Below, piece by piece: positions 49,707 through 59,604 of a DNA stretch of 64,000 nucleotides. The translations under genes were made by a program, and so were the position numbers. Positions within the stretch are counted from its first letter, which is position 1. Every line of letters begins with the position of its first letter. The stretch lies in contig OZ223489.1 of the NCBI GenBank assembly GCA_965140785.1, forward strand, positions 50,373 to 114,372, read 5' to 3'. A model generated the notes under the pieces. It saw nothing but the letters and a program-made list of their open reading frames with translations. It did no database searches and had not been told where the DNA came from. The stretch is from an uncultured Ruficoccus sp. Its GTDB lineage: Bacteria > Verrucomicrobiota > Verrucomicrobiia > Opitutales > Cerasicoccaceae.

Positions 49707-50444
49707 GTGATTTCTGCTGTTCGCTTATGCGTTTTTTGCCTGTTGGTGCCGTTGATGCCGTCAGCACTTCATGGCGAGTACCGTCAGTTCCGGAGCCAGG
49801 ACGGGCGCACGCTTGAGGCTGAACCGATCGGCGTCTATGAAGACAACGTCATCCTCCGGCGCAAAGACGGCAATACCTTCACCGTCTCCCCCACGATCTT
49901 CTCGGAGCCGGACCAGCGATACCTGAAAACCTGGATGCTGCGCTACTTGGGACAAAACGATGCCCTGCTCCAGATCCGTGCCACCCGCAAAGAAGTGGCT
50001 CCCGACGAGCAGCGTAACGATGATCGCTACAACACTTTTCAATACGAATTGCGCCTAAAGAATATCAGCCACTTGCCCATCGAGCGGCTCTCCCTGCGCA
50101 TTTACAATGTCGTCACGTGGGAAAAAGACGGGAAAAAAAAGCAAGGCATCTCCGATGGCATGCGCCCCTTCAACCGCAGCGACCTGGACATCCCGGCGGG
50201 AGAATCCGTTACGATCGACTCACCCCAGCAGCGCCTGTTGACGGACCGGCCGACCGGGAACCGAAACATGCCCTCGTTCGCAACCGTCTCCGAACTCGAC
50301 GGCGTCCTGGTACGGGTTTATGATCTGAACACGCTTATTCTAGAATGGAGCGATCCCTCTTATCTGGTTGAGCAGTTTCCAGCCGATCCGCCCAAGAAAG
50401 AAAAAGCCCCTAACCTGAACATGCACCTGAACGTCGCCCGTTGA
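49707..50444 (+). CDS. Secreted protein with SHD1-like N-terminal domain
   Basis: Signal peptide; RQFRSQDGRTLEAE..LRRKDG..FSEPDQRYL. Confidence 0.75.
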   Translation: MISAVRLCVFCLLVPLMPSALHGEYRQFRSQDGRTLEAEPIGVYEDNVILRRKDGNTFTVSPTIFSEPDQRYLKTWMLRYLGQNDALLQIRATRKEVAPDEQRNDDRYNTFQYELRLKNISHLPIERLSLRIYNVVTWEKDGKKKQGISDGMRPFNRSDLDIPAGESVTIDSPQQRLLTDRPTGNRNMPSFATVSELDGVLVRVYDLNTLILEWSDPSYLVEQFPADPPKKEKAPNLNMHLNVAR

Positions 50445-50448
50445 TACT

Positions 50449-51780
50449 GTGTTCCACCGCCACCCATTCCTGATTCTCGCATTCCTGCTCGCCTCGTTTG
50501 CCCAGGCCGGCTACTCCCCACTGACCACGCCCGAGAGCTGGACCTTCACCGCCCCCACCCCGGCCTTCAACCCCGACAACGGCGACACCCTCGGGGACTT
50601 CCAGCCGGGCATCAAGGTCAAGGTGCTGGAGGCCGACATGAGCGGCGGCACCTGGCTGGTCGAGTACACCCGCTACGGCTCGGCGCCCATTCGCGCGCTC
50701 ATCGCCATCCCCGACCTGTCCAAGAGCAACCCGCGGGCCTTCTCCAGTGTGCGCGAGGATATCGAGAATTTCCCCCTGCTGAAAAAACAACTCGAAGCCC
50801 TCAATCCGTGGGAAGGCAGCCTGACCGACCTGCGCAAGCGGCTCTTTGACGGCGAGGCCATCCTGCTCGGCGGCACCGAGGAGAAGCCGACCAAGCTGGC
50901 CTCCTCACAGCCCATGAGCGACGGGTTCGCCTGGAACCAGATGCCGGTCGAAGTGCGCCTGGAGAACGACTTCAACGGCACCCCGCGCCTCGTCATTAAC
51001 TACTGGAACAAGGGAGACCGCAACTGCACAGTCGATCCCCGCCGCGGCTACGATGAGCTGCGGGAGAAGCTCGAGCGGCTGGAGACCGCCTTCGACACCG
51101 GCCTGTCCTCCAGCGAGCGCAAGGCCGGCGGCTCGGGCATCATCGCCCTGAGCGACGACACGGAGAACTTTTTCCTGCCCAATGACATCCAGGCCAAGCT
51201 ACGGTACCGCATGGACGAGTACCTGATCCTCGAGTTGGGGTCCTTCAGCAGTGCCCAGGGCATCCGGGAGAAACGCCAGCAGAGCCGCAAGCAGTATGCC
51301 AGCCAGCTCAGTTCGCACGTCAAGACCTCCGACGAAGGCGAGCGCTACGTCTCCGATATTCCGATGATCACCCAGGGCGATAAGGGCTACTGCGTGGCCG
51401 CCACCCTGGCCCGGGTACTCTCCTACTACGGCTATCCGGTCGATATGTACGCGGTGGCCGAGCTGGCCGAGACCGACCGCTACGGCACGACGATGGACAA
51501 CGTCATCGCCTCCATCCGGCGTGTCAGCGGCACCACGCCCTTCCGCATGAAAGAGCTCGACCGCAGTGACCCCATCAGCATCCAGGCCATAATCGAGGAA
51601 GGCGTACCCATCATCTGGCTCATTCCCCGCCACTGCCGTCTCATTATCGGCATCAACCCGGATTCCAGCGACATCGTTTACTCTGACTCCTGGGGACCGG
51701 AGCATGCCTACAAAACCATGCCCTACGAGGATTTCTTCGCCCTCAACGAACACATGTATATCCTTGAACCCCAACGTTAA
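50449..51780 (+). CDS. Secreted C39-like cysteine peptidase
   Basis: IPMITQGDKGYC, HCRLIIG, YSDSWG (C-H-D triad). Confidence 0.8.
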   Translation: MFHRHPFLILAFLLASFAQAGYSPLTTPESWTFTAPTPAFNPDNGDTLGDFQPGIKVKVLEADMSGGTWLVEYTRYGSAPIRALIAIPDLSKSNPRAFSSVREDIENFPLLKKQLEALNPWEGSLTDLRKRLFDGEAILLGGTEEKPTKLASSQPMSDGFAWNQMPVEVRLENDFNGTPRLVINYWNKGDRNCTVDPRRGYDELREKLERLETAFDTGLSSSERKAGGSGIIALSDDTENFFLPNDIQAKLRYRMDEYLILELGSFSSAQGIREKRQQSRKQYASQLSSHVKTSDEGERYVSDIPMITQGDKGYCVAATLARVLSYYGYPVDMYAVAELAETDRYGTTMDNVIASIRRVSGTTPFRMKELDRSDPISIQAIIEEGVPIIWLIPRHCRLIIGINPDSSDIVYSDSWGPEHAYKTMPYEDFFALNEHMYILEPQR

Positions 51781-51802
51781 TCCCGTACCATCGACGCCTG
51801 TC

Positions 51803-52513
51803 ATGAAACTGCCAAAACTACTGTTTGCCCTATTGATCCTCTTCACAGCCACCCACCTCAACGCCGAGTTCCGGGAGTTCACCGATCAGCAAGGCCGAAG
51901 CATGAAAGCCGAGCTGATCAACGTCATCGGCCAGGAGGTCATGCTCAAGCGCGAGGACGGAAACACCTTCACCGTCTCCCCGAACATTTTTTGCGAAGAG
52001 GACAAGGAGTATATCCAGATCTGGATGGTCCAAAAACTCAATGAGCGCGATTCGCTGCTCACGGTCAACGCCCGCTCGTCCGAGACCAATAAGAAGAAGA
52101 TGGACGACGGCCTGGCCAAGATGGAGAAATGGGACGGCTACTACAAGGTCACAATCGAAAACGAGAGCGACCTGCTGCTCCAGAACCTGAAGGTCGAATA
52201 CCGGCTGTGGGCCTTTCACATGAATATGGCCGCGCAAAGCCGCGACGACGGTAAGACCGAGATCATCAAGAAAGACATTACCATCCCCATGATCAAAGGC
52301 CGGGACGAATTCGCCTTTGACACGGCCAAGGCCGAGCTCTCCTCCATCGACCTCGACAGCAACGTCATCTGGGCCGGCGGGGGTAAGGACAGCAGCAAGG
52401 ACAAGCTCGAAGGCATCTGGATCCGCATTTACTATAAAGGCGTCCTCATCAAAGATTGGTCCAACCCCTCCAGCCTGAAGGATAAACTCAACTGGGCCAA
52501 GCTCAAGGATTGA
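51803..52513 (+). CDS. Secreted protein with SHD1-like domain
   Basis: REFTDQQGRSMKAE..LKREDG..FCEEDKEYI. Confidence 0.78.
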   Translation: MKLPKLLFALLILFTATHLNAEFREFTDQQGRSMKAELINVIGQEVMLKREDGNTFTVSPNIFCEEDKEYIQIWMVQKLNERDSLLTVNARSSETNKKKMDDGLAKMEKWDGYYKVTIENESDLLLQNLKVEYRLWAFHMNMAAQSRDDGKTEIIKKDITIPMIKGRDEFAFDTAKAELSSIDLDSNVIWAGGGKDSSKDKLEGIWIRIYYKGVLIKDWSNPSSLKDKLNWAKLKD

Positions 52514-52517
52514 TCAC

Positions 52518-53258
52518 ATGTCTCACCTGCGCGCCAGCCTCATTGCCTTTTTCGCTTTGCTGAGCCTGGCCCGGGCCCAGGAGACCCGCAGCTACAACCT
52601 GCTCGACGGACGCTCCATCAACGCCCGCATCATCGAGGCCGACGACGGTAAAGTCGTCCTCGAGCGCACCGACAAGCTGACCTTCACCCTGGAGCCCAAA
52701 AGTTTCAGCCCGGACGATCAGGCCCGCATCCGCGAATGGCGCATCGCCGACCGTTTGGAGAAGGGCACCCTCTTCAAGCTCGGCGGAGAAAGCGTCGCCC
52801 AGGAACCGGAGTGTCAGGACGAGGAGGGCCTATCCATCCGCTTCTGGCAGGCCGGCTACGTCGTGCAGGTCGAAAACGCCTCCACCCTCGACCTTGAGGA
52901 CGTCACCCTCACCTACTCCTTTCAAGTCCAGCGCGCGAGCATCGCGCAGCCTCAGGCTGACGCCGAGCCCCAGCCGCCGGAAACCGTTTCACGCACGGTC
53001 CAGATCAAGGACCTGCCCGGGGGCAAACCCCTGAGCTTCCCCACCCCGACCGTGCGCCTGCGCTCAGCGGAGCTGGAGGAGGGCTGGACCTGGCCCGGCG
53101 GCGGAGACAAACCCGTCACCGACACCCTGAGCCCGTTGACGGCCACACTCACCTTCCGGGATCAGGAAGTGGTAAAGGTCCAGATCAAGCCCACGGCGGC
53201 GGATAACGCCCTCCCCCAAGACAAGACCTCGACAGCGCCTGCCGAAGCTGAACAATAG
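52518..53258 (+). CDS. Secreted protein with SHD1-like domain
   Basis: RSYNLLDGRSINARI..LERTD..FSPDDQARI. Confidence 0.75.
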   Translation: MSHLRASLIAFFALLSLARAQETRSYNLLDGRSINARIIEADDGKVVLERTDKLTFTLEPKSFSPDDQARIREWRIADRLEKGTLFKLGGESVAQEPECQDEEGLSIRFWQAGYVVQVENASTLDLEDVTLTYSFQVQRASIAQPQADAEPQPPETVSRTVQIKDLPGGKPLSFPTPTVRLRSAELEEGWTWPGGGDKPVTDTLSPLTATLTFRDQEVVKVQIKPTAADNALPQDKTSTAPAEAEQ

Positions 53259-53263
53259 CCGGA

Positions 53264-54418
53264 ATGGGCAACGAGTCACTTTCTCCCGAAGAACTGTCCC
53301 GCTACTCCCGGCACATCCGCCTGCCGCAGGTCGGGATTGATGGGCAGGCGCGCCTGCGTCAGGCCCGGGTACTGGTCATCGGCATGGGCGGACTGGGCAG
53401 TCCGGTCTCGCTCTACCTGGCCGCCGGCGGGATCGGCACCCTCGGGCTGGCGGATTTTGACAAGGTTGAGGAGCACAACCTCCAGCGCCAGGTCCTGCAC
53501 ACGCAGGCCGCCGTCGGCCGCTCCAAACTCGACTCCGCCGCCGAACGGCTGCACGCTCTCAACCACGGCTGCAACCTGGAGTTGCACCGTGGCGGCATCA
53601 CCCTCGACAACGCCGTCGAGCTGATTTCCCAGTACGACCTCGTGGTGGACGGCTCGGATAACTTCCCCACCCGCTACCTGGTTAATGACGCGGCCTACTT
53701 CGCCCGACGCCCACTGGTGTACGGAAGCATCTTCCAGTTCGAGGGGCAGGTCTCGCTCTTCGAACCGCACGCGGGCGGCCCCTGCTACCGCTGCCTCTTT
53801 CCGCAAATCCCCGCCCCCGGCACCGTGCCCAACTGCGAGCAGGCCGGGGTCTTTGGCGCGCTGTGCGGGATCGTCGGCAGCCACCAAGCCATGGAGGCGC
53901 TCAAATATCTGCTCGGGGTCGGCGAAAGCCTCCGCGGGCGCTTGCTCGTGATCGACGCCCTCGACACCCGCATCCGCACGCTCAACCTCAAAAAAGACCC
54001 GCACTGCCCCCTGTGCGGCAGCGAGCCCGCCATTTCCGGGTTGCAAGCGGGCAACTACGAGTTTTCCTGCGAGACCGACGAACCGCAGACCGAAGAAACC
54101 CAGATGGAAATCGATATACACACCGCCCAGGCCAAACGCGAATCCGGCGAAAACCCCGTCCTGCTGGATGTCCGCGAGAGCTTCGAACGCGAAATCTGCC
54201 AGATCGATGGCTCCAGCCACATCCCCCTGGCCCAACTGGGAACACAGGCCGACGCCCTCCCCCGCGATACCGAGATCATCGTCTATTGCCACCACGGCGC
54301 CCGCAGCCTCCGCGCGGCCAAGCTCCTGCGCGAGCGCGGGTTCGACCAGGCCGTCAGCATGGCCGGCGGCATCGACCAGTGGGCCCGCGAAATCGATCCC
54401 GCCATGACCCGCTACTAG
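53264..54418 (+). CDS. moeB: MoeB/ThiF adenylyltransferase with rhodanese domain (MoeZ-like)
   Basis: RYSRHI, GMGGLG, NLQRQ, PCYRC, CPLC, C-terminal CHHGARS. Confidence 0.92.
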   Translation: MGNESLSPEELSRYSRHIRLPQVGIDGQARLRQARVLVIGMGGLGSPVSLYLAAGGIGTLGLADFDKVEEHNLQRQVLHTQAAVGRSKLDSAAERLHALNHGCNLELHRGGITLDNAVELISQYDLVVDGSDNFPTRYLVNDAAYFARRPLVYGSIFQFEGQVSLFEPHAGGPCYRCLFPQIPAPGTVPNCEQAGVFGALCGIVGSHQAMEALKYLLGVGESLRGRLLVIDALDTRIRTLNLKKDPHCPLCGSEPAISGLQAGNYEFSCETDEPQTEETQMEIDIHTAQAKRESGENPVLLDVRESFEREICQIDGSSHIPLAQLGTQADALPRDTEIIVYCHHGARSLRAAKLLRERGFDQAVSMAGGIDQWAREIDPAMTRY

Positions 54419-54429
54419 CGGGCCGGTGG

Positions 54430-54720
54430 TTCCTGGGCTTGTGCAGCCCAGACCCGCAGCAGGCAAAGCCTGCACTTTCGATGCTGCGCATCGTGTCAGC
54501 GATTACTGAAAATGTGCGTTGCTCATTTTCAGTAATCGCTGAGCTGAGCATCAAAACTGGGTCGCCACCTTGAGGTGTGTCTGTTCGGTTGCCGGGGTAG
54601 CCGCCTTTCTGGCGGCGTAGGGGCGCAGCCCCTCCATGTCCAGTGCGGTCACGCACCGTAGGGGCGGAGCCCCTGAGTGCCACCGGGTGCAACCCGGTCT
54701 GGGCTGCATAAGCACAGGAA
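54430..54720. repeat. Composite MITE/REPIN-like element with 25-bp terminal inverted repeats
   Basis: TTCCTGGGCTTGTGCAGCCCAGACC / GGTCTGGGCTGCATAAGCACAGGAA (23/25); internal modules shared with 27630, 8664 and 63865. Confidence 0.85.
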
Positions 54721-54735
54721 AACAGACCGGAGCTT

Positions 54736-56553
54736 CTACTTCTTCTTCCGCCCGGGGTTGACGTAGATTTTGATGTCGGCCTGCTGGCCGCCCATGATCT
54801 CCATGGCGCGCTTGAGGGCGTTGGCGGTGGACTTGGTCGGGTTGTGCGGCGTGTCGGGAAAGACGCCGTGGCCACGGCCCAGCTCGTCGAGCAGACCGGA
54901 GTTTTTAAAGACCCGGATGACGTCCTTTTTGCACTCGGAAAAGAGCAGGTGGCGGTCGTGTTCGCGCATGAACCTGAGCAGTTCTTCGATGGCCATGACG
55001 GCGGTGGCGTCGAGGTGCCGGGCGTTGCGCATTTTCACGATGACGATTTTCAGGTTGGCGTCCTCGCACACACGACGCATCTGGTCGCGGAATATCTCCG
55101 CCGCGCCGAAGAACAGGTCGCCCTCGACGTGAATGATGGAAATCTCCGGGTCGCGCCGCTCAGTCTGCTCCTCCAGTTCGGTCAGCTGCCCCTCGTCAGT
55201 GAAGCCGTACTCGACCAGTTCGGGCGAGGCCGCCTTGCGCAGGAAAAGAATAATGCTCAGGCCCACGCCGAAGTAGATGGCGGTGTCGAGCGGCACCAGC
55301 AGACCCGCCAACAGCGTGGAAAAGAACACGATCGCGTCGCCCCGGGTCGTACGTGAAACGAGCTTGATCGAACGCCAGTTGACCAGCGACAGGCCGATGG
55401 TGATGACCAGGACTGCCAGGACGGACTGCGGCACATACTTGATAAACGGGCCCAGCGCGAAGGCCCCGGTGGCCACGATGAGCCCGTTGATCAGGCTGGC
55501 CAATGGCGTCGAGCCACCACTCGACCAACCCAACTGCGAGCGGGTGAGCGAGCCGGAGGCGGGCATCCCGCTAAAGAACCCGCTGGCCATATTCGAAACG
55601 CCGATGCTGAACATCTCCTGGTTGGCATCAAGCCGTTCGCCCGAACGCGCGGCCAGCGATTTGCCGATGGACGTCCCCTCCAGCACGCACAAGAGCGCGA
55701 TGGCCAGCGCCATGTTCCCAACCTGGCTGATGGTGTCGAAGTTCAGCGACGGCGGGGTAAACTTCCACTCCGAGGCGTCGATCGAGCGCAGCCACTGAAA
55801 GGTAAGCTTCGTGCCCTGTGCCTCGGCAAAGTGTGTCGCCGCCACCGCCAGACCCGACATGACCACCAGGGTGATGGCCACATTCGGAAGCTTGGGCACT
55901 TTCCGGCTCAACCCGTAATACAGCGCGAAGGTCAGCCCGCTGAGCAGGACCGACTCCAGGTGACACTCGGGCAGGTGTTTGAGGGTCAGATAGAACTTGT
56001 CGAAAAAAGTGATCGCCTCCTCGCCCGGCAGGAATTTTATCCCGAACACGTTTTTCATCTGCCCGACGATGATCAGCAGCGCCGCCGCCGTGATGTACCC
56101 GACGACGACCGTTCGCGAAATATACTGGATCAGGTTCGCCACCTTCAGGTAGGCCCCGACGATCAGGAGCAGACCGATCAGCAACATCAGAATCGGTATG
56201 TACAGGGCGCGCGTTTCCGGAGCCATGATCTCCATCGCAGCGAAAGCACTGGCCAGGGTGACGGAGGTGGCATTGGTCGGCCCCAGCGTGATGAAGCGCG
56301 AGCCGGCGAACAACGTGGCCGCGATCGCCGCCACCGCCGAGCCGTAGATCCCGTACTGGATGGGCAGCCCGGCGATCATCGCATAGGCCATGCCCTGTGG
56401 GAAGGCCAGCAGCGCCACATTCAGCCCGGCGCGAAAGTCCCCCTTGAAGGCGGACGGCGTGTAGCCCCGCAAGTGTTTGCGTAGCGGAAAGAAGTCGAGC
56501 TGGTTCTGGGAAACCAGCCAACGGGCAAGCAATTTGACGCGTAGTTTTCTCAA
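54736..56553 (-). CDS. SulP-family anion transporter with STAS domain
   Basis: PQGMAYAMIAGLP, GPTNA, NQE, GSLTRS, GDLFFGA. Confidence 0.92.
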   Translation of the reverse strand: MRKLRVKLLARWLVSQNQLDFFPLRKHLRGYTPSAFKGDFRAGLNVALLAFPQGMAYAMIAGLPIQYGIYGSAVAAIAATLFAGSRFITLGPTNATSVTLASAFAAMEIMAPETRALYIPILMLLIGLLLIVGAYLKVANLIQYISRTVVVGYITAAALLIIVGQMKNVFGIKFLPGEEAITFFDKFYLTLKHLPECHLESVLLSGLTFALYYGLSRKVPKLPNVAITLVVMSGLAVAATHFAEAQGTKLTFQWLRSIDASEWKFTPPSLNFDTISQVGNMALAIALLCVLEGTSIGKSLAARSGERLDANQEMFSIGVSNMASGFFSGMPASGSLTRSQLGWSSGGSTPLASLINGLIVATGAFALGPFIKYVPQSVLAVLVITIGLSLVNWRSIKLVSRTTRGDAIVFFSTLLAGLLVPLDTAIYFGVGLSIILFLRKAASPELVEYGFTDEGQLTELEEQTERRDPEISIIHVEGDLFFGAAEIFRDQMRRVCEDANLKIVIVKMRNARHLDATAVMAIEELLRFMREHDRHLLFSECKKDVIRVFKNSGLLDELGRGHGVFPDTPHNPTKSTANALKRAMEIMGGQQADIKIYVNPGRKKK

Positions 56554-56695
56554 TCCGGTATAACAGCAGCGAGTGACCTCAGTAAGGGGGCCAACGGCTA
56601 TGAGTTCAACCCCAATTCACCGGGGCCGTGCTCATTTCAGGAAATAATGGCAGAAGCCGGAGACGCTCCCGCCGCGCTGTGTTCCGAATATGAAA

Positions 56696-57565
56696 TCAGG
56701 CCAGTAGCTCCGCCGGGTCATAGTCCGGAATGGCACCGTCGCAACTGGCGACATACGCCCCCAGCTTGCAGGCGCGTTCCAGCAGCTCCTGCGGGTCGTC
56801 GCCGCGCACCAACCCGGCGGTCAAAGCCGCCGTGAACGAATCACCCGCGCCGACCGTGTCACGCACCTCGACTGGGGGAGACTTGGCCTGGATAAGGCGG
56901 CGACCGTCGTAGTAGGCCGCGCCCTCGCCGCCGAGGGTCACGCAGATTTTGCGCGTGCCGGTCTTTTCCATCACGGCCTTGATCGCCGCTTCCAACTCGC
57001 CGGGACCAAAGTCCTGCTCGGCCAGAAACGCCAACTCGTCTTCGTTGAGTTTGAGCACGTCGGCTTTTTGGGCGAGGGCCAGCACAGTGGCCCGGTCATC
57101 GTGCGGCGGGCGCAGGTTGACATCGAAAATGCGCAGGGCGTGCGTCTCGCTCAGGATACTGTCGAGTTGCTCGGCGTTGCGCTCGCTGCGGGCGGCCAGC
57201 GAACCAAAGAGGATCGCGCTCGCCGTGGTCAACTCGTTGCGGGCGGCCTCGTTCAGCTCGATCCGGTCCCAGGCGCAGGGCTCGGGAAAGACGTAGCTGG
57301 CACTGCCGCTCGCATCCAGCTCGACCTTGGCCACGCCGGTGCGCAGCCCCTTCTTCACCGCGAAGGCGAAGGTGTCCAGCCCTTGGGCCTGGGCGCGCTG
57401 GAGGGTTTCCTCGCCCAGAAAATCGTCGCCCACCGCGCTGATTACCACCGGTCGGCAGCCCAGCTTGCGCAGGTGGCAGGCGGCGTTGAAGGGAGCACCG
57501 CCAAGAAAGAGCCCCTTGGGCAGACAGTCCCAGAGCACCTCTCCGAAGCAAACGATCTTTTCCAT
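56696..57565 (-). CDS. PfkB-family carbohydrate kinase (fructokinase-like)
   Basis: CFGEVLWD, GGAPFN, FDVNLR, DTVGAGDSF. Confidence 0.9.
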   Translation of the reverse strand: MEKIVCFGEVLWDCLPKGLFLGGAPFNAACHLRKLGCRPVVISAVGDDFLGEETLQRAQAQGLDTFAFAVKKGLRTGVAKVELDASGSASYVFPEPCAWDRIELNEAARNELTTASAILFGSLAARSERNAEQLDSILSETHALRIFDVNLRPPHDDRATVLALAQKADVLKLNEDELAFLAEQDFGPGELEAAIKAVMEKTGTRKICVTLGGEGAAYYDGRRLIQAKSPPVEVRDTVGAGDSFTAALTAGLVRGDDPQELLERACKLGAYVASCDGAIPDYDPAELLA

Positions 57566-57630
57566 ACCACCCAGCGTAAAAGAGCTCCCCCGCCGTCTGC
57601 GAGCGAAAACCCAATCAAGCGAAGAACCCG

Positions 57631-57726
57631 TTTGAGAGTTTGAGAGTTTGAGAGTTTGAGAGTTTGAGAGTTTGAGAGTTTGAGAGTTTGAGAGTTTGAG
57701 AGTTTGAGAGTTTGAGAGTTTGAGAG
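57631..57726. repeat. 8-bp tandem repeat (TTTGAGAG)x12
   Basis: Perfect array; about 4 degenerate inverted copies at 57880-57913. Confidence 0.95.
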
Positions 57727-57917
57727 TTTTTATGCCAAGCGTAGCCCACTTGGTTTTTTCCGCTGAAAGAGGGTAACACCTCGGTGTTTCGTCACGGGCA
57801 TAAAAATTTCGACCCGCGCAAATATTTGCCAACACCGTAATCTTGTCATATTTTTCCCCGACACGCGCAAACGGACTCTCTCTCAACTCTCAAACTCTCA
57901 AACCTTCAAACTCCCCC

Positions 57918-58667
57918 ATGAACCCCTACGAAGCCGACGACCAGCTCCATCAGTATTTGCTTTTCCACTACGGCACTCCGAAGGAAATCCTGCCCTACAG
58001 TTTCGGTCCGCGCGAGGCGCTGAACTTCCCGGTGCGCTGCGTGCGCGAGTTGGTGGAAACAGATCGGCTCGGCCCGGAGAGCCGGGCGCTGGAGGTCGGC
58101 TGCGCGGTGGGGCGCACGAGTTTCGAGCTGGCCCGCTTTTGCGCAGAGGTGACCGGGATCGATTTTTCACAAAGCTTCATCGGAGCAGCCCGCGAACTGG
58201 CGGACAAGCGCATGCTCGACTACACCCGTCCGCACGAGGGGCGCATCCGGCTGCGCAGCACCGCCGCCGTGCCGGAGGATATCGATGGCTCGCGGGTCCG
58301 CTTTCAGACCGGCGATGCCATGGCGCTGCCGGAGTCGCTGGGCAGCTTCGATCTCGTCATCGCGTGCAACCTCATCTGCCGCCTGCCGCGTCCGCTCGAC
58401 TTCCTGAAGCGGCTACCCACGCTGGTCAAGCCCGGCGGCCAGCTCGTGCTGACCACCCCCTTCACCTGGTTGGAGCAGTACACCCCGCCGGAGAATTGGC
58501 TCGGCGGCACCGAGCAGGCGGAGGATTCCTTCAACGGCCTGCGTGCCGCGCTCGAACCGGCCTTCACGCTCGAACTGGAAAAGGACATGCCCTTCCTCAT
58601 CAAGGAAACCGCCCGCAAGTACCAATGGACCGTCGCCCAGGGCTCGCGCTGGAGACGAACGGGTTAA
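57918..58667 (+). CDS. SAM methyltransferase resembling the OvoA C-terminal domain
   Basis: NPYE..QYLLFHYG, EVGCAVGRTSFELA, NLICRL, PFTWLEQYTP, RKYQW. Confidence 0.75.
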   Translation: MNPYEADDQLHQYLLFHYGTPKEILPYSFGPREALNFPVRCVRELVETDRLGPESRALEVGCAVGRTSFELARFCAEVTGIDFSQSFIGAARELADKRMLDYTRPHEGRIRLRSTAAVPEDIDGSRVRFQTGDAMALPESLGSFDLVIACNLICRLPRPLDFLKRLPTLVKPGGQLVLTTPFTWLEQYTPPENWLGGTEQAEDSFNGLRAALEPAFTLELEKDMPFLIKETARKYQWTVAQGSRWRRTG

Positions 58668-58926
58668 GCAGAGGCGAGGCCACGAAGAACTCAAAGATTA
58701 AAATTATGGCACAAGAGCTTCAGTGCCAGCGGGCAAATTCATGCCTCGAAAACAGGCAGGGGAATCGAAGCCCCCTTGACAGTTCAACCCCCTTAAAACG
58801 TCTTCGTGCCCTTCGTGTCTGCTTCGTGTCCTTCGTGACGAACTCCCGGACATAGAAAAGCGGTCCCCCGCCCCTCTCCAAAAATCCTCGCTTCGGTGAA
58901 CCGGGTGCGTTTAACTGTCCGGCATT

Positions 58927-59526
58927 ATGGCAGGTCTCATTGCTTTGGGCATTATTGTCCTGATTCTCGTCGTGCTGGTCTTTGTCGTGATCGGCACCTA
59001 CAACCGGCTGGTCCAACTGCGCAACCGCTTCAAGAACGCCTTCTCACAGATCGACGTGCAACTGAAGCGCCGCTACGACCTGATCCCCAATCTGGTCGAA
59101 ACCGCCAAGGGCTACCTCAAGCACGAGCGTGAAACGCTGGAGGCAGTCATCGCGGCGCGTTCCACCGCAGTCAACGCTCAGCAGAAAGCCGCCGCCAGTC
59201 CGGATAACCCCGCCGCCATTCGCGAACTGGGCGCGGCCGAAGGGCAACTCGGCAGCGTGCTCGGACGGCTCTTCGCCCTCTCCGAAGCCTACCCGGACCT
59301 GAAGGCCAACCAGAACATGATGCAGCTGACCGAGGAGCTGACCTCCACGGAGAACAAGGTCGCCTTCGCCCGGCAGGCCTTCAACGACTCGGTCATGCAG
59401 TACAATAACGCGCGCGAGGTTTTCCCCGCCGTGGTCTTCGCCGGAGCCATGGGCTTCCAGCCGGCCGAACCCTTCGAAATCGAATCGCCCGAGCAGAAGG
59501 AAGCCCCCAAGGTTTCCTTTACCTGA
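58927..59526 (+). CDS. lemA: LemA family protein
   Basis: QIDVQLKRRYDLIPNLVE, EAYPDLKAN. Confidence 0.95.
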   Translation: MAGLIALGIIVLILVVLVFVVIGTYNRLVQLRNRFKNAFSQIDVQLKRRYDLIPNLVETAKGYLKHERETLEAVIAARSTAVNAQQKAAASPDNPAAIRELGAAEGQLGSVLGRLFALSEAYPDLKANQNMMQLTEELTSTENKVAFARQAFNDSVMQYNNAREVFPAVVFAGAMGFQPAEPFEIESPEQKEAPKVSFT

Positions 59527-59604
59527 AAACGGCGTTGAAACCTCACCCGCAGCGCATGCGACTCGGACACGGGCGGCACGGCTGGCAGGCACACGGCTGA
59601 AATC

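Noticed and set aside
57631..57726. CRISPR array
   Set aside because: No spacers and no cas genes; none of the dispersed repeats form repeat-spacer arrays
57566..57886. N-terminal extension of the PfkB ORF with LKLSNSQT repeats
   Set aside because: Read-through of the 8-bp VNTR; the kinase fold starts at MEKIVCFGE (57565)
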